Assembly (NCBI RefSeq): GCF_000012905.2
Contig: NC_007493.2
Location: 2,070,001 to 2,102,000, forward strand
Origin: Cereibacter sphaeroides 2.4.1
Lineage (GTDB): Bacteria > Pseudomonadota > Alphaproteobacteria > Rhodobacterales > Rhodobacteraceae
Direction: 5' to 3'
DNA length: 32,000 bases
Part shown: piece by piece, positions 1 through 9,500 of the stretch
Numbering within the stretch: the stretch's first letter is position 1
Layout: each line of letters begins with the position of its first letter
The notes under the pieces: model-generated
Seen by the model: the letters and a program-made list of their open reading frames with translations, nothing else
What the model was told of the DNA's origin: nothing
Databases searched by the model: none
Translations under genes and position numbers: made by a program

Positions 1-10
1 TCAGGGTTGA

Positions 11-1033
11 TTAATCCGCGCGGTCAGGACCTTGGGCCTTCGCCGGCCCTTCCTCAAGGTAATCATGCACATAGACCTCCCGCACCAGCGCGAGCGCCAG
101 TGCCGCGAGGGGCGTGGCGAGCAGCAGACCCATCAGCCCGAACAGCACCCCCATCAGCAACTGCGCCGAGATGATGAGCGCGGGAGGCAGGGCGACCCTC
201 TCCTTTTGGATGAGGGGCGTGACCAGATAGCTCTCGAAGGTCTGGACGGTCAGGAAGACCGCCAGCACCAGCCCGACCTGCTCTGCGCCCTCGGGCAGGG
301 CGAGGAGCAACGCCGGCACCGCCGAGAGCACGGGGCCGATGTTCGGGATGAAGGTCAGGAGCGCCGCGATCAGTCCGAGGATGAAGGCCAGCGGAATCCC
401 GATCAGCCAGAGCCCGAGCCAGGTCAGCACGCCCACCACGGTCATCGAGATGATCTGCCCGCCGAGCCAGCCGCGCAGCGTGCCATCGGCAATGGCCAGC
501 ACCTCGTCTCCCCTTGGCCGCAGCGGCGGCGCGAGGAGCGCCCGCAGGCCCCGGCGGTAGAGCCCGGGATCCACCGCCGTATAGAGGCCGATGAAGAGGA
601 TGATGACGACATTTCCCAGCGCGCCGAAGGTGGCGCTGACCGCGGTCGAGGCGAAGCCTCCGTCGCTGGACAGCAGCCGCGACGGCGCAAGCCGCGACAG
701 AAGCGTAGGCCCCCAGCTGTAGGCGGAGATCCGGTCGCGCAGGTCCTCGAATGCGGGCGGAAGCTGGCGGGCGAGCGCATCGGCCTGCTCGAACATCGCC
801 GGGGCGAAGGCGAGAAAGGCGCCCGTCAGGGCGAGAAGGACGAGGACGATGAAGAGGGCAATTCCCGCCCCCCTCTGCAGCCCGGTCACCCGCTGCACGA
901 GGCCTCCGCCCGCCGAGAGGAACACGCCGAACAGGACACCCGCGAAGATCACGAGCAGCACGTCCGGCGCCACGAGGATCAGAAGCGCGAGCACGAGGGC
1001 CAGCACTGTAAGGGAAACCGTGCGCCTGCTCAT
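11..1033 (-). CDS. AI-2E family transporter (PerM/UPF0118-like permease)
   Basis: 340-aa ORF that is hydrophobic throughout, with multiple predicted TM helices. Overall architecture and the C-terminal region (...FIPNIGPVLSAVPALLLAL..., ...TPLAALALALVREVY) resemble AI-2E/PerM family permeases. G/C-rich third positions. Family assignment is from memory of the family, not a search. Confidence 0.8.
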   Translation of the reverse strand: MSRRTVSLTVLALVLALLILVAPDVLLVIFAGVLFGVFLSAGGGLVQRVTGLQRGAGIALFIVLVLLALTGAFLAFAPAMFEQADALARQLPPAFEDLRDRISAYSWGPTLLSRLAPSRLLSSDGGFASTAVSATFGALGNVVIILFIGLYTAVDPGLYRRGLRALLAPPLRPRGDEVLAIADGTLRGWLGGQIISMTVVGVLTWLGLWLIGIPLAFILGLIAALLTFIPNIGPVLSAVPALLLALPEGAEQVGLVLAVFLTVQTFESYLVTPLIQKERVALPPALIISAQLLMGVLFGLMGLLLATPLAALALALVREVYVHDYLEEGPAKAQGPDRAD

Positions 1034-1222
1034 GCGTCCTCCGTCCGGGTTGCGGCGGAGGGGCCTCCGCTGGGCCTCAGGGAACGTGCGGGCGCCTGCC
1101 CTGTTCCGCCGGGCCTCTGCCGGCCGCGGTCCGGGGGAGATCGGGGCCGGACGGCGGAGGCACGCCCCACCGCGACCTGCCCTCCGCGGGACTTCGCTTT
1201 GCCCGCGGCGGCGGCGGCGCCC

Positions 1223-2500
1223 TCAGCGCTGGGGCAGGAGGTGGCGACGGCGCACGGTCTCCGGCCTCCCCGGCAGGCTCAGGCGCGCGTCGTTGCGCGC
1301 CTTCTCCGACACCACCTGCCCCTTCGCGATCACGCAGAGCCGGTCGGGCCGGAGCCGCAGCGCCTCGACAGGGTTGCCCGCGTCGAGCACCACGAGCGAG
1401 GCCACCGCCCCCTCCCGCAGCCCGTAGTCGAGGCCCATGATCCTGGCATTCTCGACCGTCACCATGTCGAAGCAGCGCCGCATCTCGTCGGGATGGGTCA
1501 TCTGCGCCACATGCAGCCCCATGAAGGCCACGTCGAGCATGTCGGCGGTGCCCAGCGAATACCACGGGTCGAGCACGCAATCCTGCCCCCAGCCCACCGT
1601 GATGCCCATGGCCTGCATCTCCTTGACCCGCGTGAGCCCGCGCCGCTTGGGGAAGCTGTCGTGGCGGCCCTGGAGGACGATGTTGATGAGCGGGTTCGGG
1701 ATGGCGGCGATCCCGGCCTCGGCGATCAGCGGCAGGAGCTTCGAGACATAGTAATTGTCCATCGAATGCATCGAGGTCAGGTGCCCCGCCGCGGCACGGC
1801 CCTGAAGCCCCGTGCGCAGCACCTCGGCGGCATAGGTCTCGATATGGCGGCTCAGCGGATCGTCGGTCTCGTCGCAGTGGAAATCGATCGGCAGCCCGCG
1901 GTCGGCCGCGATCTCGCAGAGGTCGCGCACCGAGGCCGCGCCGTCCGCCATGGTCCGCTCGAAATGCGGGATGCCCCCCACCACATCCACGCCCATGTCG
2001 AGCGCACGCAAGAGGTTCGCCCGCGCGGTCGGGTCGCGGTAGAGCCCGTCCTGCGGGAAGGCCACGAGCTGGAGATCCATCCAGTCCTTGACCTTTTCGC
2101 GCACGGCGAGCATCGCCTCGACACCGAGCAGCCGGTCGTCGCAGACATCGACATGGGTCCGCACCGCCAGAAGGCCCATGCTCGCCGCCCAGTCGCAATA
2201 GGCCAGCGCCCGCTCGACCATGGCCTCGACGGTCACGATCTCCTTCAGCTCGCCCCAGAGCCGGATACCCTCGAGCAGCGTCCCGCTCGCATTCACGCGC
2301 GGCAGCCCGTAGGAGAGCGTCGCATCCATGTGGAAATGCGGATCGACGAAGGCCGGGCTCACCAGATCGCCCGTGGCCTCGATCAGCCGCGCCGCGTCGG
2401 TCCCGAGCGCCCCGATGGCCGCGATCCGGTCGCCCCGGATGCCCACATCGGCCACGCGCCCATCGGGCAGCGTGCCCCCCTTGACGATCAGATCGAACAT
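1223..2500 (-). CDS. Cytosine deaminase-like metal-dependent amidohydrolase
   Basis: 425 aa starting MFDLIVKGG at ATG 2500..2498. The longer 760-aa track ORF is a read-through of the upstream permease frame. N-terminal beta-sandwich plus HxH metal motif (VDPHFHMD), later HCDE and GWGQDCVLDPW motifs as in CodA-type amidohydrolases. The start overlaps the stop of the upstream permease by 1 nt (TGATG). Confidence 0.8.
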   Translation of the reverse strand: MFDLIVKGGTLPDGRVADVGIRGDRIAAIGALGTDAARLIEATGDLVSPAFVDPHFHMDATLSYGLPRVNASGTLLEGIRLWGELKEIVTVEAMVERALAYCDWAASMGLLAVRTHVDVCDDRLLGVEAMLAVREKVKDWMDLQLVAFPQDGLYRDPTARANLLRALDMGVDVVGGIPHFERTMADGAASVRDLCEIAADRGLPIDFHCDETDDPLSRHIETYAAEVLRTGLQGRAAAGHLTSMHSMDNYYVSKLLPLIAEAGIAAIPNPLINIVLQGRHDSFPKRRGLTRVKEMQAMGITVGWGQDCVLDPWYSLGTADMLDVAFMGLHVAQMTHPDEMRRCFDMVTVENARIMGLDYGLREGAVASLVVLDAGNPVEALRLRPDRLCVIAKGQVVSEKARNDARLSLPGRPETVRRRHLLPQR

Positions 2501-3447
2501 CAGCGTTCTCCCCTGTTGAACGGCTGCATCAGAGCCGCCGGCACTTCGGCCCGGCGCGACATGAGGACGAGGGCCGCGATGGACAGCGCATAGGGGGCCA
2601 TCAGGAAGAGCTGATAGGGCACGACCTGCCCCACCGGCGTCTGCTGAAGCCGCACCTGCAGCGCGTCGAAGGCGGCAAAGAGAAGCGCGCCGAGCACGGC
2701 CTTGCCGGGCCGCCACGCGCCGAAGACCACGAGCGCGATACAGATCCAGCCGCGGCCGTTCACCATCTCGAAGAAGAAGCTCGAGAAGGCCGAAAGGGTG
2801 AGGAAGGCGCCACCCACAGCCATCAGCCCCGACCCCACCATGACCGCGCCGATGCGGAGCCCCGTGACCGAGAGGCCCTGCGCATCGACCGCCGCCGGAT
2901 TCTCGCCGGCCGCCCGCAGCGCAAGGCCGAGCGGCGTGCGCCAGAGGACAAGCGCCGTCAGCGCCGCCACCGCGAAGGCCGCATAGGTGAGCGGGGTCTG
3001 GGCAAAGAGCGCGGGCCCCAGAAGCGGGATCTGCGACAGGCCCGGCACCTCCCAGACGGCGAAGGGCTCGATTTTGGGCGGGCTCGTGACCTCGGGCAGG
3101 ATCAGCCGGTAGGCGAAGTAGCTGGTCGAGGTGGCAAGCAGCGTGACCCCCAGCCCCACCACATGCTGCGAGAGCCCGAAGGGCACCACGAGCACGGCAT
3201 GGAGGAGGCCGAAGAGCATCCCTGTCGCCATGGCGATGGCCACGCCCTCCCAGAGCCCGGCCCCCGCCCAGACCGCGATCCAGCCCGAGAAGGCCCCGAT
3301 CGCCATGATCCCCTCGATCCCGAGGTTCAGCACGCCCGCCCGCTCGCAGATGAGCTCGCCCATGGTGGCGAAGATCAGCGGCGAGGCGATGCGGACCGCC
3401 GCGGCCCAGAAGGTCGCGGAGAGAAGGATCTCGAACAGCGCGCTCAT
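2500..3447 (-). CDS. ABC transporter permease (BMP/nucleoside-type uptake system, second permease)
   Basis: 315-aa polytopic membrane protein. MGELICERAGVLNLGIEG motif is typical of the branched-chain/ribose-like permease fold partnered with BMP-family binding proteins. Same strand and contiguous with the rest of the transporter genes. Confidence 0.85.
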   Translation of the reverse strand: MSALFEILLSATFWAAAVRIASPLIFATMGELICERAGVLNLGIEGIMAIGAFSGWIAVWAGAGLWEGVAIAMATGMLFGLLHAVLVVPFGLSQHVVGLGVTLLATSTSYFAYRLILPEVTSPPKIEPFAVWEVPGLSQIPLLGPALFAQTPLTYAAFAVAALTALVLWRTPLGLALRAAGENPAAVDAQGLSVTGLRIGAVMVGSGLMAVGGAFLTLSAFSSFFFEMVNGRGWICIALVVFGAWRPGKAVLGALLFAAFDALQVRLQQTPVGQVVPYQLFLMAPYALSIAALVLMSRRAEVPAALMQPFNRGER

Positions 3448-3538
3448 CTCCGGGTGTCCCCTTGGATGTCGAAGGGCCGGCCCACGGGCGGGAGGCCCCG
3501 TCCACGGAGGATGTGCAGGATCATGTCGACCGCGCCCC

Positions 3539-4582
3539 TCATCCGCGCACCACCCGGAACCGGATCAGAAGGATCGCCAGCACCATGAAGAGGAGCGAGG
3601 TCGCAAGCAGCATGTCGGCGATGTAGGTGGGCACGCCCGCGGCCCGGCTCATGCTGTCGGCGCCGACGAAGACGCCCGCCACGAACAGCGCGGCCGGCAC
3701 CACGGCCAGCGGATTGAGAAGCGCGAGCATGGCCACGATGATGCCGGTGTAGCCGAAGCCCGGCGACAGATCGAGCGTGAGGTGGCCCTTGAGCCCCGCC
3801 ACCTCGGAGAAGCCCGCGAGCGCGGCAAGCCCGCCCGACAGGAGCGCCGTCTTGACCAGCACGCCGTCGACCGGAATGCCCGCGAAGCGCGCGGCGCGCG
3901 GGTTCAGCCCCACGGCCCGCATCTCGTAGCCGAGCGCGGTGCGCCGCTCGATCACCCAGACCGCGACCGAGGCGATCAGCGCGAGCCCGAAGCCCCAGTG
4001 CAGCCGCAGCCCGTCCACGATGCGCGGCAGACGCGCCTCCTTGGCGAGCGGCGCCGACTTGGGCCAGCCCATCCCCATCGGATCCTTCAGCGGCCCCTCG
4101 AGCAGGTAGCTCACGAAAAGCAGCATGATGAAGTTGAAGAGGAGCGTCGTCACCACTTCGTCCACCCCGAAGCGGGTCTTGAGCGCCACGGGCCCGAGCA
4201 GCACGACCGCGCCCGCGGCCATGGCCGCGACCGCCATCAGCGGCAGGACGAGCGGGCCGCCCACCGCCCCCGTGCCCAGCAGCACGGTCACGATGGCGCC
4301 GGCATAGAGCTGCGCCTCGGCACCGATGTTCCAGAGCCGGGCGCGGAAGGCCACCGCCACGGCAAGCCCGGTGAAGATGAGCGGGGTCGCCCGGTTCAGC
4401 GTCTCGAGGGCTGCGAATTTCGACCCGACCGCCCCCTTCACGATCAGCCCCAGCGTGGCGAGCGGATCGGCGCCCGCGACGGCGGCAAGGCCGGAGGCCA
4501 CGGCGATGGTGGCCAGAAGCGCCACGGCCGGCAGACCCGCCCGGCGCAGCGTCGAGGGGTTGGCTACGGGCTCAAGCCGCAT
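3539..4582 (-). CDS. ABC transporter permease (BMP/nucleoside-type uptake system, first permease)
   Basis: 347-aa polytopic membrane protein with the same permease family features (ATPLIFTGLAVAVAFRARLWNIGAEAQLY). Its ATG at 4582 overlaps the 3' end of the ATPase gene by 11 nt. Confidence 0.85.
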   Translation of the reverse strand: MRLEPVANPSTLRRAGLPAVALLATIAVASGLAAVAGADPLATLGLIVKGAVGSKFAALETLNRATPLIFTGLAVAVAFRARLWNIGAEAQLYAGAIVTVLLGTGAVGGPLVLPLMAVAAMAAGAVVLLGPVALKTRFGVDEVVTTLLFNFIMLLFVSYLLEGPLKDPMGMGWPKSAPLAKEARLPRIVDGLRLHWGFGLALIASVAVWVIERRTALGYEMRAVGLNPRAARFAGIPVDGVLVKTALLSGGLAALAGFSEVAGLKGHLTLDLSPGFGYTGIIVAMLALLNPLAVVPAALFVAGVFVGADSMSRAAGVPTYIADMLLATSLLFMVLAILLIRFRVVRG

Positions 4583-6092
4583 CGGCGAACCCGTGGCCGG
4601 CCATCCAGAGGCCGAGCTCGGTCTGGCTCATCGTGCCGCGCGCGAAGCCGGGCGAGAGCCGCCCTTCGGACATGACATGAACAGTGTCGGACAGAGCCAT
4701 GATTTCATCCAGATCTTCCGAGATGAGGATGACCGCGGCCCCCTCGTCCCGCGCCTTCAGCAGGCGGGAATGCACATAGGTGATGGCCCCGATGTCGAGG
4801 CCCCGCACCGGCTGGTTGGCGAGGATGATCCGGGGGCCGGGCTCGAGCACGCGGCCGAGGATCAGCTTCTGCATGTTGCCGCCCGACAGAAGCCGGATGC
4901 GCGTCTCGGGGCCGGGGCAGCGTACGTCATAGGTGGCGATGATGCTCTGGGCGAAGCCGCGGGCCGCGCGCCAGTCCATCCAGCCGCCTTTCGCGAAGCG
5001 CGACCGGTAGCCCTCGAGAATGGCGTTCTCGGTCAGGGTGAAGTCGGCAATGGTGCCGGTGGAATGCCGGTCCTCGGGGATGCGCGCGATGCCCGAGGCA
5101 ACGGCCGTCCGCGGCGTCCAGTGCGCGACATCGGCGCCGGCGAGTTCCAGTCGCCCCTCGGAGGGGCGCACGAGGCCCGAAACGAGGTCGGAGAGCGCCG
5201 CCTGCCCGTTCCCGGACACGCCCGCAAGGCCGGTGATGGTGCCCGCCCGCAGATCGAGGCTCACGCCGCGCAGGCCCGTGGCCGAGCCTTGGGCCGGCGT
5301 CGTCACCCGGTCGAGCCGCAACAGCACGGGGCCCGGCTGCGGCGGGGCGACCGCGGGCGGCACCACCTCCTCGCCCACCATCAGCGCGGCCAGCCGGTGC
5401 CGGTCCGTCTCGGCGGTGGCGACCTCGCCCACCACGCGCCCGTGCCGCAGCACCACGCAGCGGTCGGCCACGCCCATCACCTCATGCAGCTTATGCGAGA
5501 TGAAGATGATCGAGAGCCCCTTCGCCACGGCGAGCTTCAGCGTGCGGAACAGCGCCTCGGTCTCCTGCGGAGTCAGGACCGCGGTCGGCTCGTCGAGGAT
5601 CAGGATCCGCGCGTCGCGGTAGAGCGCCTTCAGGATCTCGACCCGCTGCCGCTCGCCCACCGAGAGCGTGCCCACCCGCGCATCGGGATGGACCGCAAGG
5701 CCGAAGTCGCGCGAGAGCGCCTCGATCCGCGCACGCGCCGCGCGGCGGCCGAGGCTCGGCCGCCAGAGCGGCGCCGTGCCCAGCAGGATGTTCTCGAGCA
5801 CGGTCAGATTGTCGGCCAGCGTGAAATGCTGATGCACCATGCCCACGCCCGCGGCCAGCGCCGCGCGCGGATGGCCGGGCGGCAGCGGCTGACCGAAGAC
5901 CTCGACCGTGCCCTCGTCGGCCACATAATGGCCGAAGAGGATGTTCATCAGCGTGGTCTTGCCCGCGCCGTTCTCACCCAGAAGCGCCACGACCTCTCCC
6001 CGGCAGAGGGAGAGGCTGATGCCGGCATTGGCCAGAAGCGCCCCGAACCGCTTGGTGATCCCGGAGAGGCGCAGGACGACCGGCTGGCTCAC
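4572..6092 (-). CDS. ABC transporter ATP-binding protein with two fused ATPase domains
   Basis: 506 aa from GTG at 6092..6090 (VSQPVVLRLSGITKRFG). First domain has Walker A GENGAGKTT, signature LSVGERQRV and Walker B ILILDEPT. Second domain has GVSGNGQ, LSGGNMQK and IILANQPVRGLD. The GTG overlaps the TGA of the binding-protein gene (GTGA). The 793-aa track ORF is an unsupported upstream extension. Confidence 0.85.
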   Translation of the reverse strand: MSQPVVLRLSGITKRFGALLANAGISLSLCRGEVVALLGENGAGKTTLMNILFGHYVADEGTVEVFGQPLPPGHPRAALAAGVGMVHQHFTLADNLTVLENILLGTAPLWRPSLGRRAARARIEALSRDFGLAVHPDARVGTLSVGERQRVEILKALYRDARILILDEPTAVLTPQETEALFRTLKLAVAKGLSIIFISHKLHEVMGVADRCVVLRHGRVVGEVATAETDRHRLAALMVGEEVVPPAVAPPQPGPVLLRLDRVTTPAQGSATGLRGVSLDLRAGTITGLAGVSGNGQAALSDLVSGLVRPSEGRLELAGADVAHWTPRTAVASGIARIPEDRHSTGTIADFTLTENAILEGYRSRFAKGGWMDWRAARGFAQSIIATYDVRCPGPETRIRLLSGGNMQKLILGRVLEPGPRIILANQPVRGLDIGAITYVHSRLLKARDEGAAVILISEDLDEIMALSDTVHVMSEGRLSPGFARGTMSQTELGLWMAGHGFADAA

Positions 6093-7093
6093 GAGGATTT
6101 CGGCTCGTTGTCGTCGATGCCCACGGTGAAGGAGCCGTCCTTGATCGCGGCCTCGCGCTCGGCCACGAGCTTCATGGCCTCTTCCGGCACCTTGCCCTCG
6201 AAGGTGCCGAGCGGCGCGAGCGACGAGCCGCCCTCCTTCATGAAGGAATAGACGCCGTAGTCGGCGGCGGTGAAGGTCCCGGCCTGCACCGCGGCCACCG
6301 CCTTGTCGAAGGTCGGCTCGAAATGCCACAGCGCCGAGGCCACCACCGTGTCGGGATAGTCGGCCTGCGTGTCGATCACGTTGCCGATGGCCAGCACGCC
6401 CCGCTCCTTGGCCGCGTCCGAGACCCCGAACCGCTCGGCATAGAGCAGGTCGGCGCCATTCTCGATCATCGCGAAGGCGGTCTCCTTGGCCTTCGGCGGG
6501 TCGAACCACGAGCCGATGAAGCTGACCTGGAAGGTCACGCCGGGATTCACCTCGCGCGCGCCCGCCATGAAGGCATTCATCAGCCGGTTCACCTCGGGGA
6601 TCGGGAAGCCGCCGACCATGCCGATGTTGCCCTTGCTCATCGCGCCCGCGATGATGCCGGTGAGATAGGCCGCATCCTGGATGTAATTGTCGAAGACGGC
6701 GAGGTTCGGCACCGACTCGTCGGCGGGCAGGCTCGAGCCCATCAGGAAGGCCACGTCGGGATAGTCGGTCGCCACCTCGCGGGCCTCCTGCTCGACGCCG
6801 AAGATCTCGCCCACGATCAGCTTCACGCCGCTCTCGGCATATTCGCGCAGAACGCGGGGATAGTCGGTGTTGGCCACGTTCTCGGTGAAGCTGTAGTCCA
6901 CGCGCCCCGCGGCCTTCGCCGCCTCGGCGGCCTTGTGGATGCGGCTCACCCACTGCTGCTCGACCGGCACCGTATAGACGCCCGCCACCTTGAGAGGCTC
7001 CTGCGCCCGCAGGCCGCGCGGCAGCGCCCCCAGCGCGAGCACGGCCCCTCCGGCCATCAGAAGCCCGCGCCGCGTCGTTGCGAATCCCGTCAT
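6089..7093 (-). CDS. BMP-family ABC transporter substrate-binding protein with a Tat-type signal peptide
   Basis: 334 aa. N-terminus MTGFATTRRGLLMAGGAVLALGALPRGLRA has a twin-arginine motif plus an h-region and AxA-like site. The body resembles Bmp/PnrA-type periplasmic binding proteins (GxVGGxPIPEVNRxxNAFxxGA). First gene of the minus-strand operon. Confidence 0.85.
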   Translation of the reverse strand: MTGFATTRRGLLMAGGAVLALGALPRGLRAQEPLKVAGVYTVPVEQQWVSRIHKAAEAAKAAGRVDYSFTENVANTDYPRVLREYAESGVKLIVGEIFGVEQEAREVATDYPDVAFLMGSSLPADESVPNLAVFDNYIQDAAYLTGIIAGAMSKGNIGMVGGFPIPEVNRLMNAFMAGAREVNPGVTFQVSFIGSWFDPPKAKETAFAMIENGADLLYAERFGVSDAAKERGVLAIGNVIDTQADYPDTVVASALWHFEPTFDKAVAAVQAGTFTAADYGVYSFMKEGGSSLAPLGTFEGKVPEEAMKLVAEREAAIKDGSFTVGIDDNEPKSS

Positions 7094-7363
7094 GTCACCC
7101 TCTCGCCCTGCTGGTTGAAGTTTTCCGCGACGGTAAGCCCCGGGCGCGCGACGGGCAAGGCCGCCGCTCCTGCCCTAAAGACGGCCCGCTCGGTCATTAT
7201 CCTTACAGCCTGAATACGCCGCGAAAAATCTGTTACATGGCCCGGTTAGGGAGCTTGCAAGAATCCGTATTCGGCCTTTAGCTGACACTAAACGCCGCTC
7301 GGCCCCGGACGCGCCGGACCGAAGAACGGCATTCGACATGACAACAACCGGGAGAAAGTTCCG

Positions 7364-8464
7364 ATGACCATGAAACTTGCACTGGCCGCCTCGGTCAGCC
7401 TCGCCGCGATGGGCGCGGCCTCGGGCGCCTTCGCCCAGAGCGCCGAGCTCGTCGAGGCCGCCAAGGCCGAAGGGATGCTGACCACCATCGCCCTGCCCCA
7501 CAACTGGTGCGGCTACGGCGACGTGATCGCGGGCTTCAAGGCGAAATATCCCGAAATCACCGTGAACGAGCTGAACCCCGACGCGGGCTCGGCCGACGAG
7601 GTCGAGGCGATCCGGGCGAACAAGGACAACAAGGGCCCGCAGGCGCCCGACGTGATCGACGTGGGCCTCGCCTTCGGGCCGCAGGCCAAGGACGAGGGCT
7701 TGATCACCCCCTACAAGGTCGAGACCTGGGACGAGATCCCCGCCGAGATCAAGGATGCCGACGGCTACTGGTACGGCGACTACTACGGCGTGATGTCCTT
7801 CGGCGTGAACACCGATCTCGTGCAGGAAGTGCCGAAGAGCTGGGAGGCGCTGCTCGACAGCCAGTATGCCAATGCCTTCGCGCTGGCGGGCGACCCGCGC
7901 GCCTCGAACCAGGCGATCCTGGCCGTGATGTCGGCCGGCATCGCCGACGGCACTGAGCCCGGCGAGGCCTCGGGCAAGAAGGGGCTCGAGTTCTTCGGCA
8001 AGCTGAACAAGGCCGGCGGCTTCGTGCCGGTGATCGGCAAGGCCGGTACCATCGCCCAGGGTCAGACCCCGATCGTCGCCGCTTGGGACTACAACCTGCT
8101 GTCCTGGCGCGACGAGCTGAAGGGCAACCCGCCCATGGAGGTGGTGATCCCGGAAGGCCCGAGCCTCGCCGGCGTCTATGTGCAGGCGATCTCGGCCTTC
8201 GCGCCGCATCCGAACGCGGCGAAGCTCTGGATGGAATATCTCTATTCGGACGAAGGTCAGCTCGGCTGGCTCAAGGGCTACTGCCACCCGGCGCGCTTCA
8301 ACGCGATGGTCGAGGCCGGCAAGATCCCGCAGGAGCTGCTCGACGCCCTGCCGCCCGCCGAAGGCTATGCCCGCGCGGTCTTCCCGACCGTCGAGCAGCA
8401 GGAGGCCAACAAGGCGGCCGTGACGGCCGGCTGGGATGGTGTGGTCGGCGCCAACGTGCAATGA
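7364..8464 (+). CDS. ABC transporter periplasmic substrate-binding protein (PotD/Fbp-like family 1), ligand unknown
   Basis: 366 aa. Sec signal peptide MTMKLALAASVSLAAMGAASGAFA-QS. GGGAGA ribosome-binding site upstream. Followed by two permeases and an ATPase on the same strand. Confidence 0.85.
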   Translation: MTMKLALAASVSLAAMGAASGAFAQSAELVEAAKAEGMLTTIALPHNWCGYGDVIAGFKAKYPEITVNELNPDAGSADEVEAIRANKDNKGPQAPDVIDVGLAFGPQAKDEGLITPYKVETWDEIPAEIKDADGYWYGDYYGVMSFGVNTDLVQEVPKSWEALLDSQYANAFALAGDPRASNQAILAVMSAGIADGTEPGEASGKKGLEFFGKLNKAGGFVPVIGKAGTIAQGQTPIVAAWDYNLLSWRDELKGNPPMEVVIPEGPSLAGVYVQAISAFAPHPNAAKLWMEYLYSDEGQLGWLKGYCHPARFNAMVEAGKIPQELLDALPPAEGYARAVFPTVEQQEANKAAVTAGWDGVVGANVQ

Positions 8465-8473
8465 CGTGATCCG

Positions 8474-8500
8474 GGACCCCGGCCGCACCGGCCGGGGTCC
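8474..8500 (+). other. Intercistronic 12-bp perfect stem-loop directly after the binding-protein gene
   Basis: GGACCCCGGCCG (8474-8485), loop CAC, then CGGCCGGGGTCC (8489-8500). Starts 10 nt after the stop at 8464. No T-tract follows. Confidence 0.6.
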
Positions 8501-8618
8501 TGCCCCATCCGCTCCGGGATCCGCCGCTTCGGTCGGGCCCCGGAAACAGTTCCCGGCGGAGCTTCCGCCCCCGCCCCCGCTGCTTCCGGCGGAGGCCTTT
8601 CCGCCCGACGGACCCTAG

Positions 8619-9500
8619 ATGACAGACCTGCCCCCGCCGAAGGCCGGACCCCGCGTGTCGCTGCCGCTGAACTGGTTCGGCGTAGCCCCGTTCCTGCTGT
8701 TCGCGCTCCTGTTCCTGATCCTGCCCACGATGCATATCGTGCTGGGCGCCTTCCGCACCCCCGCGGGCGATTTCACCCTGGCCAACATTCGGGGGCTCTT
8801 CACCGCCTCGATCATGAACGCCTTCTGGATCTCGATCCGGATCAGCCTGCTCACGGCCTTCCTCGGCTGCGTGGCGGGCTTCCTGATCGCGGCCGCGGTC
8901 ACCCGCGGAGGCCTGCCGGGCCCGCTGCGCGGGGCGCTTCTGACCTTCTCGGGAGTGGCCTCGAACTTCGCGGGCGTGCCGCTCGCCTTCGCCTTCATCG
9001 CGACGCTGGGCCGGCTCGGGTTCCTCACCGTGATCCTGCGCGAATGGTTCGGCTTCAACCTCTACGGCACGGGCTTCAACCTCATCAGCTTCCTCGGGCT
9101 GACGCTCACCTACCTCTATTTCCAGATCCCGCTGATGATCCTGATCGTCACCCCGGCCCTCGACGGGCTGAAGCGCGAATGGAAGGAAGCGGCCGAGACG
9201 CTGGGGGCCACGGGGGCGCAATACTGGCGCATGGTGGCGCTGCCGGTGCTCTGGCCGTCGTTCCTCGGCACCTTCGCGCTGCTCTTCGCCAATTCCTTCG
9301 GCGCGGTCGCCACGGCCATGGCGCTGACCGGCTCGTCGCTCTCGATCGTGCCGATCATCCTCTTCGCGCAGATCCGCGGCGACGTGCTGCAGGATCCGCA
9401 TCTGGGCTACGCCATCGCCTTCGGGATGATCCTGCTCACGGGGATCGCGAACCTCGTCTATATCGTGCTGCGCACGCGGGCCGAGAGGTGGGTGAAATGA
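8619..9500 (+). CDS. ABC transporter permease (first membrane component)
   Basis: 293-aa polytopic membrane protein with an EAA-like loop (EWKEAAETLGATGAQYWRMVALP). The stop overlaps the next gene's ATG (ATGA at 9497-9500). Confidence 0.85.
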   Translation: MTDLPPPKAGPRVSLPLNWFGVAPFLLFALLFLILPTMHIVLGAFRTPAGDFTLANIRGLFTASIMNAFWISIRISLLTAFLGCVAGFLIAAAVTRGGLPGPLRGALLTFSGVASNFAGVPLAFAFIATLGRLGFLTVILREWFGFNLYGTGFNLISFLGLTLTYLYFQIPLMILIVTPALDGLKREWKEAAETLGATGAQYWRMVALPVLWPSFLGTFALLFANSFGAVATAMALTGSSLSIVPIILFAQIRGDVLQDPHLGYAIAFGMILLTGIANLVYIVLRTRAERWVK

